Assembly: GCF_009834535.1 (NCBI RefSeq)
Contig: NC_045696.1
Location: 49,478,001-49,542,000 of the forward strand
Length of the DNA: 64,000 nucleotides
Reading direction: 5' to 3'
DNA from: Camelus ferus
Lineage: Eukaryota
In this document: positions 12,991-25,592 of the stretch, piece after piece
Numbering within the stretch: position 1 is the stretch's first letter
Layout: the number at the start of each line of letters is the position of its first letter
Program-made: the position numbers and the translations under genes
The notes under the pieces: model-generated
Seen by the model: only the letters and a program-made list of their open reading frames with translations
Database searches by the model: none
What the model was told of the DNA's origin: nothing

Positions 12991-13900
12991 TAATCCCTTA
13001 GAATTACCTCCCTTCATCCCTTAGAAATTAACCAAGTCAACATGCACATATTGGATGCCTACTAGGGGCTACATATATATTCACTGCACCAAGCCCTTAG
13101 TGTTAGGACAATAGGGATTTGATCAGCTGGGAACTGTGTCTTCCAACATCATTAATTAAAGTTGCAAAGCTTATGGTTAGTTTCCCCGTAGAATAGAAAA
13201 CCTCCCCAAACCATTCTAACAGTGATGCCTTTCAGGCTTAGACACGCTAGGGATGTCCAAGGAGAGTATCACCCCTTTGGATGTCATGTTGTTGCATGTT
13301 TCCGAGGGTTTGGCTTTGCCGGGGCTCCGACGTGGCGTGCAGCCTCGCTCCCACAGCTCAGTGGAAAGGGAGTCTTTATTTACCCTAAGCCCCAGGCCCC
13401 CATGTGGCAGGTTGTTGCAGTGGAGCAAAGATGCTGGGCCAGAAAGCCCCTCAGTCGCGGCCTCCAGCCGCCGTGCCCCACTCTGATGATACAGCAGAGG
13501 AAGGCACGCGAGACATCCAGGAAAGCGCCACAGCACAGTCCTTCCCAGAGCCACGTGCTTCCTTTCCACTGCCTGTGCTTTCACTCCATCAGCTCCTTGT
13601 CACTCTCTTAACTTTATTATGTTTGACAAAATTTAGAGGAAAAAAGTCCAAAGAAAACTACCTCACATGAAACATAGGAAACAAAAGCAGATGGGGCTGA
13701 AATGTCTAACTAGGATGAGAGGCTCAAATAACAAGAACCATGGAAAACAGATGCCATGACCTAAAACCCCATGTCAGAGTTCAGCAGGACAGCTCCAGTC
13801 GCTATTTACAGAATTTGATTATTTCTGTTTATTTAATTTTGGTTTTGCAAAGTCTGAGTTTTTGTGAATTCCCTAACCTTCTTAAGTTCCATCCCCCCTG

Positions 13901-13902
<2 letters not shown>

Positions 13903-13954
<52 letters not shown>
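13903..13954 (+). repeat. (GT)n microsatellite
   Basis: Seen directly. Confidence 0.97.
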
Positions 13955-13956
<2 letters not shown>

Positions 13957-15285
13957 TAGGTATTGCAGCCTCTTTTTCTGCAGCATATTTTGTGGCGCAA
14001 TAAGGCTCTGAGTCCAAATCTCCAGCCGTGTGAATCCCAGTGGCCTCGTCATTTGCAGTGGTGAGCCCCTGAGCTTTCACACAGATGGAGAGGGCCCTAC
14101 AAGGGGCACCACACCCCTGTGAGGGAACCACAAGGGAAGTGAAATCTTTTCTAGCAGGCATGTTTCCAGAAAAAAGGGGGATCATGGGACTGCAGTGCAG
14201 CCCAGGTTTTTCACAAGCCTGGTGTTTGGACTTGTGTCTGTTCCACAAACAGCTCACAGTGAGGACAGATCTGGCTGTTAGTGCTGCTGATGTGTCTGAG
14301 AACAAGCAATAAAAAGGAGCCACGGAGGTGAGGACCGCACAAGGCACAGCGCCGTTGTTATACCAGGATCCTGTCTGCTTTCAGGGAGATACGTGCCTGA
14401 AAGTACTCGGGCTATCTACAAGATGAGATGCTGTCTTTATCTCCTCTGATCTTCCTCACCCTCCCCTCCTCCCCACTCCCAACCCAGTTTGAAAATAAAT
14501 AAATATTAGGTTCCACGGGAATCATCCAAAACAAGTCAGCTTCAGCACAAAGGCCAGAGCAATTTCCAGTTTGGTTTTATTCTTTTCCCGAGTTAACATT
14601 TTAAGCATGTCCTCAGCAGCCCAGGGAATTTTTCCCTCCATATGGACTACTGAGTCCCTTTCTTCAAAGCATCTCTGAATATTTAAAGATGAACAGCTTT
14701 AAAGAAAAAAAAATCTGAGAACAATGCATTGGCATGCAGTTAGTGTTTTAAAGACAGGAATATAAGCTGAAGCCTACTGCTCAAATGAATGAGCGATTTG
14801 TATGGTCTACAGGGACAAAAACAAAAGCAGCTTAACTCATTAAAATTGACCTCAGAAGCTAAGAAAATGTTCTGTGTCCTTCACTCTCCCAGACAGTCAA
14901 GGTCTCTTACCTTTCCGTGGTGAATTTTTCCTAAGGGGCTGTCCCCTCTTATCTTCACATTTCCTCTCTGCTCCTTTTACTTTTTCACTTTTCTTCCTCT
15001 GTTCTTTATTTCTCCCATTTACCCCATCTCTCCACCTTTTTCTTTTTCTTTCTGAGCTTTTTCATCTCTTCCTCACAAACTCCTTCTTTAACAGAGCTTA
15101 ATAGGGAATCAACTTATGTTTTAAAATATTTATGAACAAATTTTTATATCCTCTGTTCTTAATGTTTAATTCAAGGGAGTTGAAAAGTCTTTAATTCTCC
15201 CTGTGCTGATTCTGCATGAATTACTTACGTGTTTGATTGTTGGCAAGACTTACAAGATTCAAACAGGTTGTACCAATGAAACAGC

Positions 15286-15291
15286 TTTAAT
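15286..15291 (-). terminator. ZBED2: candidate ZBED2 polyadenylation signal (ATTAAA on minus strand)
   Basis: First AWTAAA I found downstream of the ZBED2 stop, about 600 nt away. Confidence 0.4.
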
Positions 15292-15888
15292 GTGAGCACT
15301 GCAGTAATGACAGAAATATACGCACTGGAAGCATCTGGAGATCTTGGGCTCAAGCTCCTTTGTCCCTACAGCGCTGAGCCCCACAGAACAAGCTTTGTAT
15401 CCAGTTCTCAAATCAACACCAGCATGTGTGCAAACACCTCTGTCCTAGAAAGCTTAAGCTCTGCTCATGGTAGGGTCTGAAGAGTGAGCGGGTCACACCG
15501 GCGCATTTTGGCTACCCAACTAACCTCAACCGTCAAAACCGTCAGCTCCCCACAAACGAAGTGCTAGGCACAAATCCTGTTATGTTCACTCATCAGTGCT
15601 GACGGGCCGGTACAATCTGCCCCCAGGCGACTCACAGACCCGTGGTGGCAAAACAACATTTCTCTTTAGTTAGTATATTTTAAAGTTTTGGTCAGTACAG
15701 CTGTAGGAACCGTATAGATAAGCATTTGGCCAGTTCAGACCGGCTGAGATTAACCAATACTATGCTCTCTTTCTCCTAGAAACAAAATCCTTCTAACCCA
15801 CTTTGCTATATACTTAAGCTGGAACTAAAATGGCTCTTTGCTAGGAGTCTAAAGTCAGGCTTTTCGGACTAGATTCCCTCAACCCCAT

Positions 15889-16542
15889 TTAAACGAAATG
15901 GAAGGGGTGCGCTGCTGCAGGCTGCTCTTTGTCCCTCTGGCAGGACTCCTTCTCAGCCCTCATCTTGCGCTTCATCTCCAAGATGGCCCTTTCCACCTCC
16001 TCCAGGGCTCGCTCTCTCCTCTCCACAGCCCTCTCCCGCCACTCCACTGCCCTCTCCCTCCTAAGCACCTCCTTTTCTCTTTGGCTGGCCCATAAAGCCA
16101 GGGTGCCCACCTGCTCCAGGAGCCTGGCCCAGTCCCCCTCAAGGCCCACGGGGAGCTGGGGCCCCTGAAGCCTGGGGTCCTGGCGCTGCCCGGCCTGACC
16201 ATGGCCACTCTTCTCCAGCTCGTCTTTGTGCATGCTTTTCAGATGCTTCCACAGGGCTGTGGTGCCCACGTTAACCCCAGGGCCACGGCTCACCTGCCTG
16301 CCACACAGGCGGCAGGTGGCGTATTGGTTGGGGTGGTGCCCAGCGCGGGCAGGAGCCAGGTGGAAGTACTCCCAGGCCTCAGAAAACCGGGTCCCCTTGT
16401 TGTGGGGCGTTGGGGTGGGCATGGCACTGGCAAAAGGGCCAACCGGTTCTCCCGTCTCACCGACCTCCTCCTCCTCCTTCATTTCTAAGTGCCCTTTTGC
16501 CTTCGTCCTGGCTGCCTCCTCCTCCTCCTCTTCCCGCCTCAT
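15889..16542 (-). CDS. ZBED2: zinc finger BED domain-containing protein 2 (217 aa), nested antisense in a CD96 intron
   Basis: Intact ORF with BED finger SEAWEYF...CRLC...TTALWKHLKSMH, acidic N-terminus, coiled-coil C-terminus ending HPFHFV as in human ZBED2; in-frame TAA five codons upstream of the ATG. Confidence 0.98.
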   Translation of the reverse strand: MRREEEEEEAARTKAKGHLEMKEEEEVGETGEPVGPFASAMPTPTPHNKGTRFSEAWEYFHLAPARAGHHPNQYATCRLCGRQVSRGPGVNVGTTALWKHLKSMHKDELEKSGHGQAGQRQDPRLQGPQLPVGLEGDWARLLEQVGTLALWASQREKEVLRRERAVEWRERAVERRERALEEVERAILEMKRKMRAEKESCQRDKEQPAAAHPFHFV

Positions 16543-17378
16543 CCTGTCTCCTCTTTACAGCTTTCCTGGAGCCAAAAGTCTGAGTTGAACCACAACGAAG
16601 GCTAAATGTGTACTCGGGAAGGGACTGTGGTAACTCCTGAGGATTCACAATAATGGCCAAAGGCTGGCCACACCTGGTAGTGTGATGTTTCCTCCTTTCT
16701 GCTTCAGCGGAGAGTCAGGGTGAGTCAGAGCCAAGCAAAATGGCCTGCGAGGCTCTCCTGCGCTCCCTCCATGACCCAGGGACGCCTGAGCCCGCCTTGG
16801 CTGGGCCAGAGGACGAAACAAACCAGCACAGCAGTCACACGGCTCTTCAGTGAACTCGGTGTTCCCTGCGTCAACCAGAACCACAGGGGCTTTTTGAATA
16901 TTGAAAATTTTAGGCTTTCTCTCGATTCTCCTCCTGGCTGCTCCGGCTCTTCCTCTGCTCACGGAGACCCAGAAAATGCGATTTGGAGGCAGGAGGAGCA
17001 GCCTCAGGACTCAGGCTGTTCAGGACGCCCAGGGCTGGGGCCTCCCTGGGTCTTCCTCAGAGTGGGTAGAAGCCTGGACGGGTGCCGATGTAGGAAAGAC
17101 TCGTGCTTCCTAAGAACGGTTGCAATAGGCCATCCGGAGGCTACAGAGCCTGCCAGGGTCTGGGAGATAAAGTTCTCAGTGTGAGGTCCGTTTGTCTCCA
17201 GGGAGGTCGCTCTGGGGCTGGGATTCTAAGAACTCCAAACAGCAGGCTTAGCTGTTTTCAGCAGGAGGAACTGGCAAGCAGGGAGGAGAGAGGTGGAGCG
17301 CATCCCCATGGACCTGGTCGTGCCCAGTTGTCCTCGGCAAGCAGCTCGCCAGCCCACCGCCTTCCCGGGCACCGTGAC

Positions 17379-17619
17379 CTGCAAAGCCAACAGCTGATGA
17401 GACCTTCCTGACAGCAGCTGACTCCAGATGTTCGGCTTATTTACCCCATTTTAAGGGTAAATAAGTAAGTAGGAAATTATGTTACGGTTTAAAAACAGCC
17501 TGACTTCTTTCTCCTTTCTTGGGCCATTTCTTAAGTGAATGAGAGCCTTATTTGTCAAGCTGTGCAACCCCGAACAGTTAGGAAACAACCCCCCCTGCCA
17601 GCTACAAATGGGTACTTAC
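17379..17619 (-). other. ZBED2: predicted 241-bp ZBED2 5'UTR intron
   Basis: Minus-strand donor CCT|GTAAGT (plus acttac 17614-17619) and acceptor ctttgcag|gt (plus ctg 17379-17381); AT-richer interior between GC-rich flanks. Confidence 0.5.
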
Positions 17620-17900
17620 AGGCGAGCAAGGCTCCGGACTGGTCTCTGGCGGCTCCAGTGCAGGGTGAGAGCTCCTGCCACCTTGGGTAGCTGTTAGCTG
17701 ACTCCGGCCTCCAGGAGGAGGGCCCCTCCAGTTCCTGTTCCCTCCCACTTCCAGGGAAGCCGTGTTTCCAAGTGGGCGTGTTCCTGCCTGTGGGGCTTTT
17801 CTGCAACCTCTAGACACAAATGCAGACCTTTTCTCCGCCCCTCTCCACCGTGGAAAAAAGATGTCCCTGGCAAAAGTCATGCAGTGAAACAGTAAGTCAA
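17620..17900 (-). promoter_or_regulatory. ZBED2: candidate ZBED2 exon 1 and promoter
   Basis: GC-rich segment with ETS cores (cacttcc, ttcctg), a KLF/SP box (gggcgtg) and an NFAT-like tggaaaa, upstream of the predicted donor. Confidence 0.45.
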
Positions 17901-20900
17901 GTGCCTACAAGTCTTAGTTCTGTTTCCAGAGGACTAGATCATCTGGTCTCTCAAGCAAAGAAGGAGATTTAAGAGGGGGAAAGCGTGAAATATGGGCAAA
18001 GAAAGCACATTCCTCAAGGACATCTGTGGTATCAAGTATTTTGTCCAATTGTTAGACCATGAGTTTCATTTTTAGTTGGAAACTATTGATGTTGTAAATA
18101 TAATCAGTAGAAAAGGCAAAGAACTTGAGGAAAAGGGGAAATTAAGTAAAAGAATTTTACCCCCTTAATTTAGAGAAATACAGCAAACTGAGAAACAGAC
18201 TTGGGATTGCTTTTTATTATATTATGTAACTAGAATTGGAAAAGCCAAAATCTGTTGGCTTCTACTCTCATTTGGAGTTAAATAAAGGGGTAATCACAAC
18301 TTAATGTATATACATAGACATTATATGTACATATACATTTTTGATTCATAAATGTATGTGTATACACATTTATACATATATAAATGTTTAGGAAGGAAAA
18401 CCTACCAAGAAGAGACAGGCATTTTTTGAAGAAGGTTATCTATGGAAGAAAAAACCTTGAGTTATAGGAGAAAATATAGAAATGATAGAGTAGAAAGCAT
18501 GTGGAGACTGAAACTTAAATTTCAAATGAAAAATAAGTGTATGGGTGTGGGGAGACTCCAAATAGAAATGAGGAGCTGGGAAACAAACAGGGAAACTCTT
18601 TTTGTTTTTTTTAAAGATTTCTCTTTCTATACTGAAAAGTTAGTATTTTCAAACTGATTCAGTGAAAAGCCCTTTGGAAAAGATTCTGTCCAAACTTGAG
18701 CCAACTTAGAATGAGGTAACTTGCAAATGGTCCCCAGTGCAGTCTTTCACCTACAGAAATAACAAAATGACCAGTCTCACAGCCAGACTTGGGTTCGTTT
18801 TTCCTGACTCACCAACCTCATCGTGCTCCAACCTCTGCTTCCAGGACAACATCGCCCGCTCATAGTTAAGCCCATGAGCCTTTCCATCTGTCCATCTTTG
18901 TGAATCCCCCGCCACTCTCCACCACAGACCACCTGTAGAATCCAGGCCCAGCTCTTCCCTGCCCACGAAGTACAATTCTGTTCTATGCATTATTCCCAGA
19001 TTTCACCCTTCTCTTCTCTCCCACAGAATGTCCAAACTTTTTGACACTTACTGCATAATTCTTTGTGCTACTGCTCACTTATTCCATATGTACTTAGAAT
19101 AATGTGTTAGAGAAACCAATTAATTGGCTTGTCTCATGAATGTAGCAGGTCCACAATGAGTGAGTGGGTGATTTTGACTTCTCAGCAGAGGAACGTGTGT
19201 GCGTGTGCAGTTGTACGCATGTGCACGTAGACTCTTGTGCATATTGACATCATGTTTTTTTCAAATTTAACGTGTTTCTCTTCTTAATCATTTGGGAGTT
19301 CCCAAATAAAGACAGCTCTGCCTGCTCAGCAAAACCGTACTGCCTGACGTTTCATAACATGTTTGACTTCAATGTGAACTACTTTAGTCTGCAGCTTTTC
19401 AAGTTTAGAGACTAGAGGAGTTTCAGGACCAGGACCATATCCCTAAACAAAGCCTTGGAACACTGTCTGGAGATGGTATAGAATATATGACATCTGAGTT
19501 TTTCCATAAAATCTGAATTCAGAAAAATCTACAAGAGTTAAAGCTTTTTAACATTTTTATTAGGGTGACAAGAAATTTCTACAGGGAGCCAATTGCCTTT
19601 ATAAAATAATGGAACCCCTACTTGTTCTTGATATTACCATGTCATCATCTTTTGGTGGGGTGGCTGAGCATGGGGAAAATAAATCATGAGAGCAGTTAAA
19701 GGTAGTGGCATTAATACACACCTTTACAACATTTCAAAAAAATTTTTCCTGTAACTTTTACATCCCTTCATGGACCACCTGAAGATAAACATTGATCTTT
19801 GGCATATTATTGGATAAAATAACTGAATTCTCTTTCCTTTACTTAGTAAGAATATATTTGAGGGGACTTGGTTTCACTTTTGATTTTCTAGGACAGAAAG
19901 TGGCATAATTTCATGAATCTGCATTCCTGTCACATGCCTGTGTTGCCATTGTCAAATGTTGAATGAGTGGGAAAACTGGAGGCTGCAGTGTTTGCTACCT
20001 ACCATTTTGGATATAATAGATAACCTCTTCTGAAAGTCTCATGATTTCCTCTGGGATTTTGCAGTGATGTACTGAGGGATGTTAAATGGCACCTCAGTGG
20101 GCTCTCACCAGGAAAATGTGACTTAGTATCCTTACATTTGGTTTCTCAGTACTGCTCAGGACCAGACCCTGTGGGCAAAGCTTTGTGGGGAAATTGGCAC
20201 CCCAAGCATTAAATATAGTTTATTGTCCTTTACTAGTTAACTAATATATTACTCAATTGTGGAAGATATTTGAGAACTAAGAACTAGGGCTGGTCATATG
20301 TAAGATACACGTCTCTTGATGAGAAAACAAGTAACTATAAATGGGATTATAGTTTTACAGTGTCTCAGATAAAATAACAAAGATCCAATAAATCTTATTG
20401 GATATTTTCACCAGTCTCTTGAAGAAACCACCATCTCACAAGGAACAAACACAATGGTGGAAATAAAATATAGCTACCCCACCTCTGAGCTTTCTGGTTT
20501 TGTAACATAAGCTATCTGTTCTACTTTTTTCTTATTTCTAGAAAATATCTCAGACTGGGATTGAGGTAACACTTCTAACTGATGCCCTCAACAACATTCC
20601 ACTCCCATTTACCATTCTGTGATTCTGTGCCTTGGTTTCCCCATCTGTCAAGTGGCAATAATGAGGAGTGTCTTACGTTCCCTATAGGATTGTCAAGATG
20701 ATAAAATAAAAATTAATTAGGAAGACTCTTTACAAGTCAAAAGAGAGGTTTTTATATTAAATGGTTTCTGCAGTTGTTGCTACAAATAGTACTTTATGTT
20801 ATTTGGAGAATGGAAACAACCGAAGTGTGGCTCTCTTTTACCTTTTGGTGGAACAGAATATTCTTCTCTGCCTGTTACAGCTTCTTCTTTCTATTCTTTG

Positions 20901-21237
20901 GTTTCCATTTATACCATTTTATTCTTTCTGTATGGAGATGTGATTTCCCTTTTCCAGATCCCAGAGTCCAGACTTGCAACATTAGTGTAGTCCTAGATTC
21001 TTCTTAAGTTGACGTAGGATTCTAGCCATTAATTTATAACATCTCTACAGGAGATTGCCTACTTACAGTTCACATTTTACACAACCTCTTAAAGGTGAAC
21101 AAACGCTGCCTTGTTAAAAGAGGAGAACCTCATTTTTGTGCCAGTTTGCCTCATGTGCGGGTTGGTGGAGATGTAAGGGGCACCAGTTCCTTCCGAATTT
21201 GCAAATAATTCTTTCTGCGTTCTGTCTTTGCCCCCAG

Positions 21238-21328
21238 AGAACATTTACCTGCTCACTGAGGAATGTATTTCCCACAGCAAATCTTACATGGTTTATAGAG
21301 AGAAGCCTCCCTCAAGGTGAAAGAGAAG
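21238..21328 (+). CDS. CD96: CD96 exon 7 (Ig domain 3)
   Basis: cag| RTFTCSLRNVFPTANLTWFIERSLPQGERE |gtaagg; 91 bp, phase 0-1. Confidence 0.97.
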
Positions 21329-23073
21329 GTAAGGAAATCAGTCAATGGAAGTGGGTTTGGCAAAGAAAGAAAGAAAACAAAGAACAATAGACGTTACCAC
21401 TGCCCAAGTTGACCTTGGCACGTAAGAACGATTCTCCTTCCAAGAAAAACATCATCTTGCCTCCCATGTCACTTTCTGACACCTCATCTGGCTCCTCCAA
21501 GGAGATGCGAGGTAGCATTTCCCAGAATGTCAGAAATATAGTTGATGTCATCAATTCACATATAAACACTGTTTTCTTTAACTGTTAGTAAAAGCAGATC
21601 TCTTATATGAGGGCAAACACTTTTAAGTCAACACATATGTATTAGTAATTTCATTTTGTTGAATTAACTTAGCATCACTACATTAAATCAATGAACAAAC
21701 AATTTCTACTTTTTCTTACAAGGATCTGGATGGGGTGGGGGTGAGGAGGGGTGGAGGGAGTGTCATAAAGGACTTGGCTTCATGACAAGGAACCTGTTCA
21801 CCAGGAGGATTAAAAGTTCCTGGAGCAGGGACACACATCGAGACAAGCTCAGGTGAGAACATACAAAGCCGTATTTTCCATAGGCGATAAACGCAGCAGC
21901 CTCTGCCGGAACCACCCAACCCCTCCTACCTGGAACAACAGCCCTTCTCCTTTCTCCTGAGTCATTTTTCCTCAAAGCTCATACATTTTCAAGAGGAACT
22001 GAGTCACATAGCTCTTGCTGCCTTGATATTTTTAATTGATGAAATTTAAAGTTTATGTTGATGAATGATCGTCATATTGATCCACTTGATTCATTTTCAG
22101 ACCATTCCTGGTTTTGTTATTAGGTCACTTTTAAAAGAATTCACCCACAATAGTGACAGGAGGCAACCCTGAAAGTATCTATTATGAGTCATTATACACA
22201 TATTGTCTTAAATAAGCCCCGATTCGATGTGCCCATTACCCTTGCAGCTGTGAGGCCAGACAGTGTGCCCAGAAGTTTACTAGCATACAGCTGCATTTAG
22301 TTATCACTTTGGCAAGTAGTAACTTCAGAACTAGCATTTAGAACCTTCAATGTAAAGAAGTTGTGAGAGCTTAGAAAGTTCAGACCTATGGTGACAGAGT
22401 TTTACATTGATTTCCTGCCACCATCTGTGCTACTGGAAGGTGGTCCAAGCAGTGGCAGTTAAACAGGCTTCTATTTCTAAAGAAGGCTTACAGGACCCAC
22501 AGTGACAGTGCTTATAAATCTACAGCTTATTTCAGGAAAAGGATACAGTCTAGCAACAATATCCTTAAAGTAAGGATATGCATCACACTGTACACATTTA
22601 TAGCACCTCAAAGTGGGGGGACCCAAAAGGGATGCTCAGCTGAGGTCGTTTTAAATTTTACTGGTCACTTAGGTATATTCCTGCAACATACCCACATTCA
22701 ACAGCAGAGTCGTCCCAGACTTTCACCCAGGCCAGGGGCCAATCATCAATCTCACCATTATCAATAAACAAAGCTGGTGAGCTGGGAAGGCCTGCTGCAG
22801 ACCCACTGGACCCATGCTCAGAAGTAAAGCAACACTTTTAATCAACATTTTTCATACCTTGACCATGGATCGGTGTCATGCAGGAGCTTGAAAAAACAGT
22901 TCAGGTTAATTCCAGGCCTGCCAAAACAAATGCTCACCACGCAAAAGCTACGGTTTGACCACTTTAAACCCTACATCACCATGAACCAAACTGTCTCCAG
23001 CCATGCCTTGGCATCATTGTATGACTCATATAGAAAATGTTGGTGACCAGCCTTGTTCTTATCTGCCTCATAG

Positions 23074-23262
23074 AAATGCACATTACTAATGAAGAGAGAA
23101 AAGACAGAGGTGGATTTTTGGAACTGAAGTCTGTGTTGACATATGTGTATGATAGTAAACCAGCCCAATTAAACAACTTGACCATCTGGTGTATGGCTCT
23201 GTCTCCAGTCCCCGGAAACAAAGTGTGGAATAACTCATCAGAAAAGATCACGTTTTCCTTGG
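23074..23262 (+). CDS. CD96: CD96 exon 8 (end of Ig domain 3)
   Basis: tag| (E)MHITNEERKDRGGFLELKSVLTYVYDSKPAQLNNLTIWCMALSPVPGNKVWNNSSEKITFSL |gtgagt; 189 bp, phase 1-1. Confidence 0.97.
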
Positions 23263-24221
23263 GTGAGTTGTCTATATAATAAGGTCAACAAGGGGTGGCC
23301 AAGACTGCTGTAAGTTCAGAACATTTCTAATTGAAACAAATAGGATACTGATTATTTCCATGATATACTGAAAACTCTCTCTACACAACTCAAAATTATT
23401 AAATTTCAAAGTAGCAAATATTTTTTTGACTAAAGGGACTCTACTGAAAAGAATTTCTTCAAATAGAAAGTAGCTGATTACTGTTTCCAAGAATTTCCGG
23501 TGAATACAGCAATTTCTTGTTCAAATTCTATTAATAATAACTCTTAATTAACTAGCATTTATGTTACTCTGCCATATGACAAAAATTAACATTAATACAA
23601 GAGAGTTTTTAAAATCTTAAAAATTAATTCTGAGTTACTAAAAGCATTCATTTATATATAGCATATATTATTCTAATACTTAGGAATGGATAATCCATGT
23701 ATGAGATATACTGATTTTAGTATCCCTAAATTTGAAGCACAGAATCTGACACAGAAGATGATTGTGACTTGAAAATTCACATGTGGGGTCATTCTACTTA
23801 TTACAACATTGATTAACCAGAATATTCATTACTCTGAACCGGATCAAATAATAAAAGCTTACTACATAAAAGATATGAGCAAATGCCTCAACAAATATTG
23901 TGACAACAGACTGCCCATAAAAAATAGAAGTGTGTAATGACAACTGTCAAATATGCATATGTACCAGTAAAGTAACACCTATAAAACTTAAACGGATTTT
24001 CAAGTCATTATTACAACTCTGCAGGACCGTTAACATCTTTTACCACCTTCCTATTTTCAGAAATATTATGGTCTATAACTTACTTATCAAAACCAGAATA
24101 ATCTATGAGGGAAAGAGTTTCCTTTGTTTCAGGACTGTAGTCTGTGTATTAGGTCCCTCCCAGCCCTGTCACCAATGCGAGCCTTAGATACCGGGACAGT
24201 AGCATCATCCCTGCAACCCTG

Positions 24222-24224
<3 letters not shown>

Positions 24225-24267
<43 letters not shown>
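24225..24267 (+). repeat. (GT)n microsatellite followed by a GC/AC alternation
   Basis: Seen directly. Confidence 0.95.
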
Positions 24268-24268
<1 letters not shown>

Positions 24269-24594
24269 ACGCACGCGCGTGCATGAACATACCGTTCTGT
24301 GAACTTTATCAGTCGGAAATGGTCATGAAACATCCATACTCAACTTTGCCTAATTCCCTCAGAAATAAGTGCACCTCCTTTCTACAGGACTAGACATGGT
24401 GGGGGCTGCAGTCTTGGAACAGTAGAAAGGTGGCTGGTTCTCACACAGATTTGCCAGTAGCTGTGACAGAATCTAAGGACATGAGCTAAGGACTAAGTAA
24501 CCTCAAATTTCTAAAGAGAATCCTATTCCCATCATAGACGGAACCATGTTTGAAAAAATCAGTATTTTATGATGTTAAAACTGGTTCTTGTTTT

Positions 24595-25592
24595 TCTTTT
24601 TTTTCTTAAAGACTTCTTTAGAGCTGTTTTACATAAACAGCAACATTAAGAGAAAGGTGCAGAGATTTCTCGTTACCTTCTCCCCACAAATGCGTATTGT
24701 CCCTCATTATCAACATCACTCACCAGAACGGTGCATTTGTTGCAGTTGATGAGCCTGCACTGACACACAGTAATCACCCAAAGTCCTTGGGGTTTACTCT
24801 TGATGTTGTACATTCTATGGGTTTTGAACAAATGCATAATGATATGTACTCATCATTATAGTATCATAAAGCCCCAAATTTTCACTGCCCTAAAATTGAG
24901 TTTTTTCACTTAATAATATACATTTAGGGTTCCTCCTTGTCTTTTCATGACTTGATAGCTCGTTTTTTGTTTTTTGTTTTTTTTAGCACTGAATAATACT
25001 CCATTGAGTGCATATACCACAATTTATGTATCTGTTCACCTACTGAAGGACATCTTGGTTGTTTCCAAGTTTTGACAGTTAAAAATAAAGCTGCTATAAA
25101 TATTTATGTGCAGGTTTTTGTGGGACATGAGTTTTTAAGTCCTTTGAGTAAATACCAAGGAGCACAATTGCTAGACTGTATGGTAAGAGTATGTTTAGAT
25201 TTAAAAGAAACCAACAAATTGTCTTCCAAAGTGGCTGTACTATTTTGCATTCCCACCAGTAACGAATGAGAGTTCCTGTTGCTTCACATCCTTGTCAGCA
25301 TTTTATATTGTCAGTATGCTGGATTTTGGCCATTGGAATATGTGTAGCAGAATTTCATTATTGTTTCTGTTTGCATTTCTCTGATCTCATTTGATGCAGA
25401 GCATGTTTTCATGTGCTTATTGGCCAATTCTATATCTTCCTTGGTGAGATAGCTGCCTCTGGCCCATTTTTACATCAGGGTGTTTGTTTTCTTATTATTG
25501 AGTTTTAAGAATTCTCTGTTTATTTTGATAGCAGTTCTTATCAGATATGTCTTTTGCAGATATTTTCTTCCAGGCTTATCTTCTCATTCTCT
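24595..25592 (-). mobile_element. LINE-1 3' fragment (L1MC-like)
   Basis: T-rich start; L1 3' end motifs such as cattcccaccagtaacgaatgagagttcctgttgc and gtttgcatttctctgat; degenerate flanking repeat aaactg..gtt. Confidence 0.8.

Noticed and set aside
13829..14347. 172-aa ORF with a TH repeat
   Set aside because: Open frame is produced partly by the (GT)n microsatellite; no homology recognised.
15898..17411. Several + strand ORFs overlapping ZBED2
   Set aside because: Shadow frames of a GC-rich coding and UTR region; none resembles a CD96 exon or known protein.
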